DNA of 63,004 nt, counting the filler, from Stramenopiles sp. TOSAG23-2 (Eukaryota): the NCBI GenBank assembly GCA_900128395.1. It is 5 parts of 5 records of this genome, joined end to end, with 100 filler letters (N's around TTAATTAATTAA, not from the genome) between each part and the next. Parts side by side here need not be neighbours in the genome. Positions count along the whole stretch, not along the records: positions 50,500 to 63,004 come from LT649850.1; 4 more parts are not named here. One strand, written 5' to 3'. A program made the position numbers and the translations under genes. Of this stretch, positions 51,795-61,860 are shown piece by piece (position 1 is the stretch's first letter; each line of letters starts with the position of its first letter). Below the pieces are notes generated by a model that had not been told where the DNA came from, ran no database searches, and saw only the letters and a list, made by a program, of their open reading frames with translations.

Positions 51795-52769
51795 ATGTCA
51801 TTAAATGTAGATAGAGTCATTGATCAATTATTAGAAGTTAGGGGAAAAGCAAATAAACGTGTAGATTTACCAGAGCAAACAATATCGAATTTATGTCAAC
51901 AAGTGAAAAATGTTTTTTTAGCACAGCCGATGTTATTGGAAATAGGTGCACCAGTGAAAATATGCGGGGATACACATGGGCAATATGCAGATTTATTGCG
52001 TTTGTTTGAATATGGTGGTTTTCCACCATCTGCTAATTATTTATTCCTTGGTGATTATGTAGATCGTGGTCGATTTAGCATGGAAACAATATGTTTATTA
52101 TTTGCATATAAATTAAAATTCCCTGAAAATTTCTTTCTATTACGTGGCAACCATGAAAGTGCATCTATTAATCGTATATATGGATTTTATGACGAATGCA
52201 AACGTCGGTATAGTGTTAAATTATGGAAAACATTTACGGATTGTTTCAATTGCTTACCAGTTGCTGCTATAGTTGATGATAAAATATTTTGTGTACATGG
52301 TGGTTTATCACCAGAGTTAGAATCGCTTGATTTAATTAATGCAATCAAACGGCCAACGGATGTGCCCGATACTGGATTATTATGTGATTTATTATGGTCC
52401 GATCCAGATGGTGATAGTAGTGGGTGGGGGCAAAATGATCGTGGTGTATCGTATACGTTTGGAAGGGATGTAGTGGAAGATGTTTTAAATACACATGATT
52501 TGGATTTAATATGCCGTGCACATCAAGTAGTGGAAGATGGATATGAATTCTTTGCCCAACGTCAATTGGTGACATTATTTAGTGCACCAAATTATTGTGG
52601 AGAATTTGATAATGCAGGTGCAATGATGTCAGTGGATGATACATTGATGTGTAGTTTTCAAATATTAAAACCTGCAGAGAAAAAACAACGTTATTCATAT
52701 TCTGGTGGTGGGCAAAACATAAGTGGTGGTAGAAGACCAGGTACACCACATTATGGTAAAAAGAAATAG
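51795..52769 (+). CDS. PP1: Serine/threonine protein phosphatase 1 catalytic subunit
   Basis: [61 protein letters not shown]. Confidence 0.97.
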   Translation: MSLNVDRVIDQLLEVRGKANKRVDLPEQTISNLCQQVKNVFLAQPMLLEIGAPVKICGDTHGQYADLLRLFEYGGFPPSANYLFLGDYVDRGRFSMETICLLFAYKLKFPENFFLLRGNHESASINRIYGFYDECKRRYSVKLWKTFTDCFNCLPVAAIVDDKIFCVHGGLSPELESLDLINAIKRPTDVPDTGLLCDLLWSDPDGDSSGWGQNDRGVSYTFGRDVVEDVLNTHDLDLICRAHQVVEDGYEFFAQRQLVTLFSAPNYCGEFDNAGAMMSVDDTLMCSFQILKPAEKKQRYSYSGGGQNISGGRRPGTPHYGKKK

Positions 52770-52952
52770 CGGAAGGAAGAGGGTAAAAGAAGGTGTTGTT
52801 GTAAATGTGTATTATTATTAATTATTATTATGTGTAGCTGTATGTAATTTATTATAATTTATTAATTTTACATTATGCCTTTTTACAGCTAGACGACCCT
52901 CTGCAAACAAATAAAAAAATATACACCCAAAGAAAAAAAGAAAACGAATATC

Positions 52953-55685
52953 ATGCTATCATTATCATTTATGTATATGAACAAGAGAAAAATGAATGTA
53001 TTATTATTAATAATGATTATAATATTATTATTATTAACAAACATCTATTATGTATTAGCAATTTCTCATAATAATAATGATGAGGTAAGAAATCTTCATG
53101 AGGAACAATTTACACAATATCAAGCAATTAAATATACAACAACATTAAAAAATATATCCAACTTCAAAACATTACAAATAAATGCAGAGGAAAACATTAT
53201 ACAAGTCAAATTAAATCAATACGGCGGTACATTTATATTGACGGATAAATCTTTATATATATGTGATGATTATAATAGTTTACAAGCAAATTGTCAGGAT
53301 ATTTATAAGATGAAAAATAGTACAAAATCAAAATTAGTTATTTTAAACAATAATAATAACAACAACAACAACAACAACAACAATGATATTGAAACCAATC
53401 ATAATTATTACATTGCATTAGTAGATATACATGGTATCGTTATTTTTAAATGTACGTCTACATCGTCATTATCTACAAGTGCAACTGCGTGTGATCTTTA
53501 TAAAATAAATATGGAACAACATTTTGGAACGAAAATTAATGCAATTGATGCAACTACAACAAATATTATAATAGCATCGGATGATGGTTTATATTCCATT
53601 TCGATTGCATCTATTATTTTTATTTCAAATGAAAATAATAATAATATAATATCATGGTATAAACCAGATCCATGCAATGCAACATCGAATAATAAAACAA
53701 ATGTCTATGAAGTAAAATGTGCAAATGATGTTACATGCCTTGCAAGTACCGATATTTGTTTATCTTGGATTAATGTAACAAAGAATGGTGATTTGTATAA
53801 ACATGAATGGACAGGTGGATTAATCGATCATGTAGCAAATTGCATCACATTTACCTCCCCATCATCATCATCATCCAGTAAAAGTATTTGGGTTGGTACA
53901 AAATTTAGTTTAAATCAATATGAAACAATATTGATAAATGATGATAACAATGACTATACTACAGGTTTATGGAAAAGAATGGCAGGTAAACCTGGTGAAG
54001 ACGGATTGCCTGTACGTGCAACTTGTAAAGATATTGCTGCAAGCGTGTCAAATGATGTAGATGGTGATGGGACCATTAATATCTTACTTGCAACATCAAA
54101 AGGTTTAGTTATTTATAGACCGTCAAGCCGGTCTACAAATAGAAATAGGATACACAACAATAAAGTAGAACAAGAAAAGGGAGACGAATTTGACTTTTTA
54201 ACAAGTCCACGATGGCTAACTACTATAAATTCCAATGAACCTGTACTTTCTATTGATATTTCAAATGATGGTAACATTATATTAGCTTCTACAAAATATG
54301 GGATAAGTGTCATTGAAAAAATTACTTGGACACTTGAAGATAAAGCAAATTATTATCAAACAGACGTTATTCCACGACATTTCAGGCCTGTAACGAATTT
54401 AATTTCTAGTTTAAATTTACAAACATTTGGCGATATAACTTCCGCGATGAACAATGAACCGGATGACAATCATGGATTGTGGACCGCTCAATATTTAGCA
54501 ACACAAAGTTTTAGATATAAAGTAACTGGGGATGAAAATGCATATAAAGAAGCAATGAAAGCATTATCAACATTAGAAGTTTTAATGAACGTCACTGGAA
54601 CAAAAGGATTTCCTGCGCGTACTATGACAGAAAATGGTAAATATAAAACAAATTCACATTGGGGTTGGAATGAATCGCCTACACGGGAAGGATGGTGGTT
54701 TATAGCAAATACGTCCTCTGATGAAATTACTGGCCATGTATTTGGATATTCTATATTTCTTGATCATGCTGCGAAAAATGAAAATGATCGTAATCGTGCA
54801 TTATATCTATTAGAAAGTATAGTACTTCGAATCATTAATGATGGTTTCGTATTAAAAGATATTACTGGATTGACTACCCATTGGGGTGTTTGGGCACCAA
54901 AAGATTTAAATGGTGAATTTGGCTGGAGCGATGAACGGGGTTTAAATAGTTTACAAATGTTATCTTATCTGTTTGCAGCGTTGAAACACAGCACAAATCA
55001 AAAAAATAAAGATATATATACGAACGCGTTGTTGGAATTATTAAATGAAGAAAATCATTACCATATCAATATATTAAATCAAAAAATCACTGCACCTAGT
55101 GAAATTAACTTTAGTGACAATGAATTGTCATTTAAACCATATTATGTGATCTCAAATGCATGTGGTTATGGTATTTTCTCTACAAAGAATGATCGCAATG
55201 AGATGGTTGCTGATAATAATAATAATAATATAGTAGTACAAAAAGATGAAATATGTCAGATGTTTTTGCCATATTATGAAAATAGCTTAGAACGTGCATT
55301 TCGTATATTGAAGAAAGAAAAATGTCCTGAATATAGTTTTATATACAATGCAAGTAGAAAAAGTGTAAAATCAACATCATCAACATCGTTCTCATCGACT
55401 TCTTCGAAATGGATCGCTGATGCATTTCATACACTTGAAACATATCCTATAGATTTGATCATATGGCCAGTAAATAATAATGGAAGATTAGATTTACCAA
55501 TTGATGTTGCACATCAACCCTATATAAATCGCAGTTTAGTCTTAATTCCACGACATCAATCGGCTGCTTTGCGTTGGTCATTTAATCCTTTTGTATTTAT
55601 TGCTGGTGATGGTGCTCAAGAGGAAGATCCAACATTTTGGTTGTTATCATATTGGATGGGTCGATTGCATAGCGAGATGGTTTGA
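52953..55685 (+). CDS. Secreted protein: beta-propeller-like N-half + helical (six-hairpin-like) C-half of an uncharacterised bacterial-type family
   Basis: Hydrophobic signal peptide (start could be at 52992). Conserved-looking blocks DDNHGLWTAQYL, VTGTKGFPAR, NTSSDEITGH, ERGLNSLQMLSYL, NFSDNEL, RWSFNPF, WLLSYWMGR. Confidence 0.7.
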   Translation: MLSLSFMYMNKRKMNVLLLIMIIILLLLTNIYYVLAISHNNNDEVRNLHEEQFTQYQAIKYTTTLKNISNFKTLQINAEENIIQVKLNQYGGTFILTDKSLYICDDYNSLQANCQDIYKMKNSTKSKLVILNNNNNNNNNNNNNDIETNHNYYIALVDIHGIVIFKCTSTSSLSTSATACDLYKINMEQHFGTKINAIDATTTNIIIASDDGLYSISIASIIFISNENNNNIISWYKPDPCNATSNNKTNVYEVKCANDVTCLASTDICLSWINVTKNGDLYKHEWTGGLIDHVANCITFTSPSSSSSSKSIWVGTKFSLNQYETILINDDNNDYTTGLWKRMAGKPGEDGLPVRATCKDIAASVSNDVDGDGTINILLATSKGLVIYRPSSRSTNRNRIHNNKVEQEKGDEFDFLTSPRWLTTINSNEPVLSIDISNDGNIILASTKYGISVIEKITWTLEDKANYYQTDVIPRHFRPVTNLISSLNLQTFGDITSAMNNEPDDNHGLWTAQYLATQSFRYKVTGDENAYKEAMKALSTLEVLMNVTGTKGFPARTMTENGKYKTNSHWGWNESPTREGWWFIANTSSDEITGHVFGYSIFLDHAAKNENDRNRALYLLESIVLRIINDGFVLKDITGLTTHWGVWAPKDLNGEFGWSDERGLNSLQMLSYLFAALKHSTNQKNKDIYTNALLELLNEENHYHINILNQKITAPSEINFSDNELSFKPYYVISNACGYGIFSTKNDRNEMVADNNNNNIVVQKDEICQMFLPYYENSLERAFRILKKEKCPEYSFIYNASRKSVKSTSSTSFSSTSSKWIADAFHTLETYPIDLIIWPVNNNGRLDLPIDVAHQPYINRSLVLIPRHQSAALRWSFNPFVFIAGDGAQEEDPTFWLLSYWMGRLHSEMV

Positions 55686-55721
55686 GAGATATTCAAAGGA
55701 TTTTTATGATATTAAGGATTT

Positions 55722-55891
55722 GGATCTTTCACTTTGACAGCCTCACCGCTATCGAATGAGCCTGGCGTCCAGCGCGTTCAACGTACGAACATGTTGGAAG
55801 GATAGAAACCTACTTGTGCTTGTAGAGTATTAGTTTGCAGAGGTGTATTAGTAGGATAGCGCATATTATTCTTGCAATTGAGTATTGAGCA
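55722..55891. repeat. Diverged copy of the internal sequence of the 25.3-kb TIR element
   Basis: GGATCTTTC..GACAGC(C/T)TCACCG..CGTCCAGCGC(A/G)TTCAACG..GGATAGAAACCTAC(C/T)TGTGCTTGTAGA..TATTAG..GAGTATTG(G/A)GCA is shared with 25669-25845. Confidence 0.85.
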
Positions 55892-55905
55892 ATATTACTA
55901 CGTAC

Positions 55906-55950
55906 TTAACACCAGAAGTGTAAAATTATTATAACTTAGATTTTAACCAT
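55906..55950. repeat. Dispersed ~45-nt motif, copy 3 (about 100 nt 3' of the ANK-kinase-TIR gene)
   Basis: TTAACACCAGAAGTGTAAAATTATTATAACTTAGATTTTAACCAT. Confidence 0.88.
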
Positions 55951-56047
55951 CATATTATTATACTACTGTATGCATATGTGAAGTTTATTATCATGCATCT
56001 TACTCATATCTTTGCCTGATGACAAAACTGGGCTCATTTTCTATTTT

Positions 56048-59000
56048 CTAATTTTTAAAATGAAAACGGCGAAATATTTCCTTTGACATTCCAATGTGTT
56101 CATATGTGGTAGACACTGGACCCAATGGTCGATAAACGATACATTCATGGTTTTGAATTGAGTTCGCAATTTTGTTGCTAGTCTGATTCAACGAGAGTCC
56201 TTCTTTACATATTTGTTGAAGGTAAACATCTATTTTTAAGTCAAAACGCCAACGAAATTCTCCTTCGTTTAAGTAAATAAATACAATGTCATTAGATCTT
56301 TTTCCTTGGCCAAACTGTGAATTATAAATACCTACAAAACGCTGCAATGACTTTAGATTTTGCAAAAGATTGCTTGTCAAAATTACAAGACATTTGGACG
56401 CACTTTCAAAATCATTTACCTCTACAAAATCAAAAGTTGTATTTTTCTCCCAAGACTGCATCAACTCTTTGTATAGTTTGACACCAATGCCAGGGGCATA
56501 CACAAATGCTACTTTAACTTTCTTTTTTGGTTTTGACGCACGCAATTGCGGTAGTCCGTTACCCCAAAGACAACCCATCTTGCCTGCCCTACGAATTATA
56601 GTCTTTATCATGGATGATGCTTCAAAATCCCGGCGCCGAAACGGTATCATGTTATGGCTTGCATACTGCTTTTCTATAAACTCTACTACTCGTGCACCAG
56701 TTTGATTTTTACTTGTTTCTTCATATGTCGATTGAAGCCAACCATGAGTCCAATCGTTTGCCCCACTTACTTTTGTACACTTATTTGTTTTCCAACGTTG
56801 ATAGTCCCATGGATAGAACCTGTCATCTGTTTCATTTACTACAATTATGGGTTTGCAATAATCAATTGCCCACTTAATTTCCGCTTGACAAAAATTGCGA
56901 CTTAAAGCATTGTTGGTCAAAAATAAAATAAATAAATCCGAATTATGAACCCCGGTTTTCATGCCTTCTACGGTTAGATTAGTTTGGTTCATGTCACGCC
57001 AACCATGTACTCCCATTTCTTCTAGCAAATGGAACAGGGTGCCAACATCACCGGAAGCTTCTGTTTGAGAGTGTGAAATAAAAACGTGGTATTTCATTTT
57101 TAATAAATCGTTGTCCGCGCTTATTGGCGCTGTTGATTCCTTGAGAAATGGATGAGATTGAATATCACCGATACTTGGCCGTTCACCAGGATTGCCTTTG
57201 AGACACCAGCGTATTAAATGCTTTGCATTCCTTCTTTCTTGATCTGTGCACATGCTTTCTTCATTCGCGAAGGTCAGATTAAGTTTATCATCATCAATTG
57301 TATGCCAAGTACATAGGCGCGATTTATCTTCCAGGTTTACCATATTATCATCACTGATATCTTGGGAAAATAAATGTTGGCCAGCGCATAGTTCGAACAA
57401 AATAACTCCAAGACCCCATATATCAATGCTTTCAGATGCTACTGGGACTGAACCATCTCCGAGATAAAAACGAGCACATTCAGGAGCAATATATGCAGTG
57501 CTACATTTAATTGTTTTGTCCCGCATCTGGGATTTTTGAAGCGTAGCATCTAAATCACAAAGTTTTATCTTATTTGATTTCATTCTCAATATGTTCCTAG
57601 GTTTCAAATCATTATGGATAAAACCCGTTTGGTGCATTTGTAACACGCATTCTGTAATTTGAGAGAACAATGCCCGAACCTCGCTAACATCTATACCGGC
57701 GATCCTGCGCGATGAAAGTTCATTGAATAGGGAGCAAGAACCCTGTTCTAGAACTAAGACATATTCTTCGTTTGAATTTGTACTCTGTGGTCTTTCCAAA
57801 TCGATAACTAATTGTTTGGTGATATTTTTTGACAGCTCTGCACCATCTGGAGGAAGGTGCCACCCAAGAACTTGGGCAACGCACTCTTTAAAAGAAGACG
57901 ATGATCTTGATCTATATCGCACTAATAGTTCACGTAAAAACTCCACTCGCTTGTTCATCACTTTGAGAACAACTTTTTTAGCCGTTGGATCCGATGTTAG
58001 GATATCAATGCCATAGTAAATGACACACGTAGCGGACTTGTGAACGGGTGCGTCTAGATTACCAACTTTGTATCTACCATATAAAGCATTGAGCGTTTTA
58101 GCCCAATGCATTGGCTTTGGCCAAGCACAAATAAAACTGCATAGAATGTTACGAGTGCGTCCCTGGTAATCAAGATATTCCGTTGAAGTGCTGTTGTAAA
58201 CCACCTTTACAAGTTTAAAATGCGCTTCTTGTATTTCATCAGACGGAACTTTTAATTTGTCATATGATTGTTCGCATAAAATATGGAGGGGCGTTTTCCC
58301 AGAAACCGTCTCGGCAACAAGTAATTGCTTGGCCATCTCAGGATAATTAACTAAAATGAAGTTTGTAAATGATAGGATTGAAGATATCTCTTCGTATTCC
58401 GTTTGTGAAAATGTTTTGTCGAACATCACGTGAAGAAAGTTCTTCCCATTTTTATCTTGCACAAGCGCCGGAGTTATATTATGAGCATTAACTAACATCC
58501 AATCATCTTTATCAACTTTGGATTTATCCATAGAAACAGCTTGTATCATTGCTTGTAAGCTGTGCAATAAATTTTTATCAAATGGATTTTTACACAACAT
58601 ATGAAGCGGTGTTTCTCCCCAATCATTTAAAGGATAGCCATCAAATTGTAACAACATTCCATTTAATTTAGATGTGTTAAGCAAAATAGACTCAACACAA
58701 AAAGCTGCTGCATAGTGAAACATAGTATTGCCTCCTTGGAAGTTATTGCTTTCAATTACTGTTTTAAACGGCGTTGACAGTAATCTAACAATTTCTGTGT
58801 GATTTTCCCTGACGGCAACATCAAGGGGGGCTTCTTTTACATTATATAACTCAGATTTGTGTTTCTTTAATTTGTTTCTAGTATTTGTAAGTGTTAAAGA
58901 CTCTGCCTCCGGCATTGCACTCAATCCATTTCGTTTGGTATAAACTCCAAGGGGGTGTGCTGACAGTAGGAAAGGAACTAGGTGAATATGGTTTAAAAAA

Positions 59001-59242
59001 ACACAGTCATGTAACATGACTCGATTTGTATTTTTATCTTTCCAAAATATGCTATCTTTATTTTTATTAAAGAGTTCCTTTACTACGTCTTCATTTGAAC
59101 CGCCATAAACAGCTCTAGAAATAGGCAAATGGCCACCAGACAATGTAAAAAGTGCATTTGGATCTAATTCTATAAGTCGTTTTATTTCGGACAATGATGC
59201 TTTTTTCCAAAGGTCATCATCGCGTTCGTGGAGATTATTCAT
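56048..59242 (-). CDS. Ankyrin repeat - protein kinase - TIR - degenerate TIR protein
   Basis: Ankyrin motifs (GNTMFHYAA, GETPLHMLC, GKTPLHILC); kinase VVLK/FLREL/HNDLKPRN/CDLD/YIAPE/DIWGLG; TIR YHVFISHSQ...WRD...SDLFILFLTNNALSRNFCQAEIKWA...KPIIVV. Confidence 0.85.
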   Translation of the reverse strand: MNNLHERDDDLWKKASLSEIKRLIELDPNALFTLSGGHLPISRAVYGGSNEDVVKELFNKNKDSIFWKDKNTNRVMLHDCVFLNHIHLVPFLLSAHPLGVYTKRNGLSAMPEAESLTLTNTRNKLKKHKSELYNVKEAPLDVAVRENHTEIVRLLSTPFKTVIESNNFQGGNTMFHYAAAFCVESILLNTSKLNGMLLQFDGYPLNDWGETPLHMLCKNPFDKNLLHSLQAMIQAVSMDKSKVDKDDWMLVNAHNITPALVQDKNGKNFLHVMFDKTFSQTEYEEISSILSFTNFILVNYPEMAKQLLVAETVSGKTPLHILCEQSYDKLKVPSDEIQEAHFKLVKVVYNSTSTEYLDYQGRTRNILCSFICAWPKPMHWAKTLNALYGRYKVGNLDAPVHKSATCVIYYGIDILTSDPTAKKVVLKVMNKRVEFLRELLVRYRSRSSSSFKECVAQVLGWHLPPDGAELSKNITKQLVIDLERPQSTNSNEEYVLVLEQGSCSLFNELSSRRIAGIDVSEVRALFSQITECVLQMHQTGFIHNDLKPRNILRMKSNKIKLCDLDATLQKSQMRDKTIKCSTAYIAPECARFYLGDGSVPVASESIDIWGLGVILFELCAGQHLFSQDISDDNMVNLEDKSRLCTWHTIDDDKLNLTFANEESMCTDQERRNAKHLIRWCLKGNPGERPSIGDIQSHPFLKESTAPISADNDLLKMKYHVFISHSQTEASGDVGTLFHLLEEMGVHGWRDMNQTNLTVEGMKTGVHNSDLFILFLTNNALSRNFCQAEIKWAIDYCKPIIVVNETDDRFYPWDYQRWKTNKCTKVSGANDWTHGWLQSTYEETSKNQTGARVVEFIEKQYASHNMIPFRRRDFEASSMIKTIIRRAGKMGCLWGNGLPQLRASKPKKKVKVAFVYAPGIGVKLYKELMQSWEKNTTFDFVEVNDFESASKCLVILTSNLLQNLKSLQRFVGIYNSQFGQGKRSNDIVFIYLNEGEFRWRFDLKIDVYLQQICKEGLSLNQTSNKIANSIQNHECIVYRPLGPVSTTYEHIGMSKEIFRRFHFKN

Positions 59243-59898
59243 CGATTGTGCCTAGATATATGTGATGGATGTGAGAAAAATATACCTATTTCGAGCGATT
59301 ACAAAAAACTTAATGATGTATTTATATTATTATATGTATATGATTATTTACGCGTACTTTTACTCTCTCTCCTCTTTGACTAGAAATGATGATTATTAAT
59401 AATTTACAGGTATAGTTCTTAGTCTACATTTTTAGATTCAGGATATAAATAGTATTAAATAGTAAATATTATAGAATGCATTAATGAAGGAAGATTTTGA
59501 TAGGGAAAAATCGCCCGCTTATTTTCATCGACGAAAATTAAAAAAAAATGACGAAAAGTGCAAAAAAATTGAAGATGTAAAAATTGATTCATGTTATCAT
59601 GGTTGATAGGGACATATATATGTGTTTTTCTCTTACTCATACATATATATATATATATACATGTATATAATATAAATTACATAGAAGATAAGAATGGATT
59701 CTGACACGAACAATACCACTATAAACCTACGGCCCACGGCCGAATAACCCGTTCAACGTTGGCGCGATTGGAAAATAATTTATTACCATTAATATTACTC
59801 GTAGAAACCATTGAAGCGTGTAAAATAAAAAATAATATCTTTATTATTTATTTTTTATAATATTATACTTCGTAATATTATTGATTTAAAAACCTTTT

Positions 59899-60981
59899 TT
59901 ACATCTTCGATTTCACTGCAACTTTTTTTGATTTTTGTGTTTGTGCTGCTTGCCTTTCCTTTGCAAAATCAGCAAAACCTTTCATCATGAAATTTGCATC
60001 ATATGCAGTTAATGGTGCTGCCCTAACACTTTCATCTAAAGCTACTGCATCAGGTCCTACAAGTATTCTCCATTCATTATTTCGTACACCATTTAAGATG
60101 ATTTCAGCCGCTTCTTTTGCTGTTGTTATTGCATCATTTCTAAAACTTGCACCGCGAGCTGCAATTTGTTTTTGCAATTGTGCATCAGATACATTTTCCA
60201 TCATCTTTCCACCATTTTCATAACCCATTAACATTTGTGGATTTTCTGATAATAATTTATATTGAGGATCATTTTTTGCTTTAAGCTCAGCTACCCGTTG
60301 TGAAATCAATTTAGTATTTGCACGGATTTGTGAAAAATCTACTTTCCTTCGTTGTTGACCGGTATTTTCTACAATTCCAGTTCCAATATGCCCTGGCATA
60401 ACTACTGCTGCTTGCCAATGCGGTGCATTTAAACGAAAATCATTGATCAAAGCTTCCGTAAAACCTTTCACTGCAAATTTACTTGCCGCATATGATGTGT
60501 GCGGTCTCATAAACCCAACGCTAGCCCAAAATCCATTGATGGAGGAAGTATTGACAACATATCCAGATGTAGCATTTAACAACAATGGCATAAATGTTCT
60601 TACACTGTAATATACCCCATACCAGCATACATTAAATGTACGTTCCCAATCCTCTCTTTTATCGGCAATGATGGAACCACCTCCAGCAATGCCAGCATTA
60701 TTGAATAATAATAAACCACGATTATTTAATGCATGATTTTCTTCTACATGTTTTGCAAAAGCTAATAATTGAGCTTCTTTTGAAACATCACATTGAAAGG
60801 TAGTAACTTTCACATCATTGGATGCAAACGCCATTGCTTCTTTTTTCGTCGTATTCATATTTGCTACATTTACATCACAAATTGCTACACTACAGCCATA
60901 AGCAACAAGTGCTTTTGTTAATTCACGTCCCATTCCATCTCCACCACCAGTAACTACGGCTACATTTCCTTTAAGTTTCAT
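59899..60981 (-). CDS. Short-chain dehydrogenase/reductase, probably peroxisomal
   Basis: TGGGDGMG, NNAG, NTSS, YAASK; C-terminal SKM (PTS1 variant). Confidence 0.92.
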   Translation of the reverse strand: MKLKGNVAVVTGGGDGMGRELTKALVAYGCSVAICDVNVANMNTTKKEAMAFASNDVKVTTFQCDVSKEAQLLAFAKHVEENHALNNRGLLLFNNAGIAGGGSIIADKREDWERTFNVCWYGVYYSVRTFMPLLLNATSGYVVNTSSINGFWASVGFMRPHTSYAASKFAVKGFTEALINDFRLNAPHWQAAVVMPGHIGTGIVENTGQQRRKVDFSQIRANTKLISQRVAELKAKNDPQYKLLSENPQMLMGYENGGKMMENVSDAQLQKQIAARGASFRNDAITTAKEAAEIILNGVRNNEWRILVGPDAVALDESVRAAPLTAYDANFMMKGFADFAKERQAAQTQKSKKVAVKSKM

Positions 60982-61445
60982 TATATAATAATGTTTTCTG
61001 ATTTGTTATTAATTATTTTTTTCCCCTTGTTAAAAAAAAAAAATGGAAATAATATATATATTATATGTATATATACTTGCGTAAATTCAATTATATAAAT
61101 ATATTCTAACAAACAACTATAATATCATTCTCATTGTTTTTTATTTTAGTTTATGCTTAAATCATTGTTGTTTTTTATTCATTTTTGCATTGAACTTTGG
61201 TGCTTTGATGAGTTGATGCTGGGTTGGACGTTGGACGATTATTTTTTTATTATTGCTGATGGATTGCAGGAGAGAGGAGAGAGCCTGATGCACCAAGTTT
61301 GAAGGCCTAGGGATTAGGATGGATATTATTATATAATACTGTAAATATTAATCTAAGATATACTGTATTTCCCATTGTCTGTAGTGTTAATTATTAGTCT
61401 ATACTTTGAACTTCTCCGGCTATATACTATATAATATACGCACAT

Positions 61446-61471
61446 ACCGGTAAGCCGGTAAGCCGGTAAGC
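61446..61471. repeat. 8-bp tandem repeat (CCGGTAAG)x3 in the SDR/ankyrin divergent promoter
   Basis: TACCGGTAAGCCGGTAAGCCGGTAAG read directly. Confidence 0.8.
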
Positions 61472-61860
61472 TATAAGAATATCCACATGGCTATGAAATA
61501 ATACCTGTATTATATACTGTGTCCTCGTAGCCTCGTAAGCGATTGTGCTATTCTAGAAAAGCGCAGGTTTTTTTTTTTTAAACAACATTACTTCTTCTTT
61601 TATTATATACAGTTACAGTATTATAATTATGACAAACATACTGCACTACTGTACTGCTACTAACAAAAAAAACAACAAAAAATTCAAAAAAAAAAAAAAT
61701 ATATATATAATAATAAGTCTAGTATATAGATATACCCATTATAATTTACATCGTAAAATATAGATACAAAAACTTGCAAGTGTACATATATATATACATA
61801 TACATATATATACATAACAACATTGAAGTCTATCATAAAAAATATATAATACTTGAAATA

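Noticed and set aside
9710..52769. Apparent cluster of phosphatases (SCP, PP2C, PP1) and Ca2+ genes
   Set aside because: The phosphatases lie on different artificially joined contigs.
1..55950. 45-nt motif or other repeats as a CRISPR array
   Set aside because: Copies are dispersed on separate contigs, with no repeat-spacer periodicity and no cas genes.
59252..59285. Possible 34-nt intron extending the ANK-kinase-TIR gene upstream
   Set aside because: An in-frame TAG precedes the putative donor, so it would not extend the CDS; no support without transcripts.
59719..59742. GC hairpin as a canonical Helitron 3' end
   Set aside because: No CTRR terminus at the expected distance on either strand; kept only as weak support in the cassette hypothesis.
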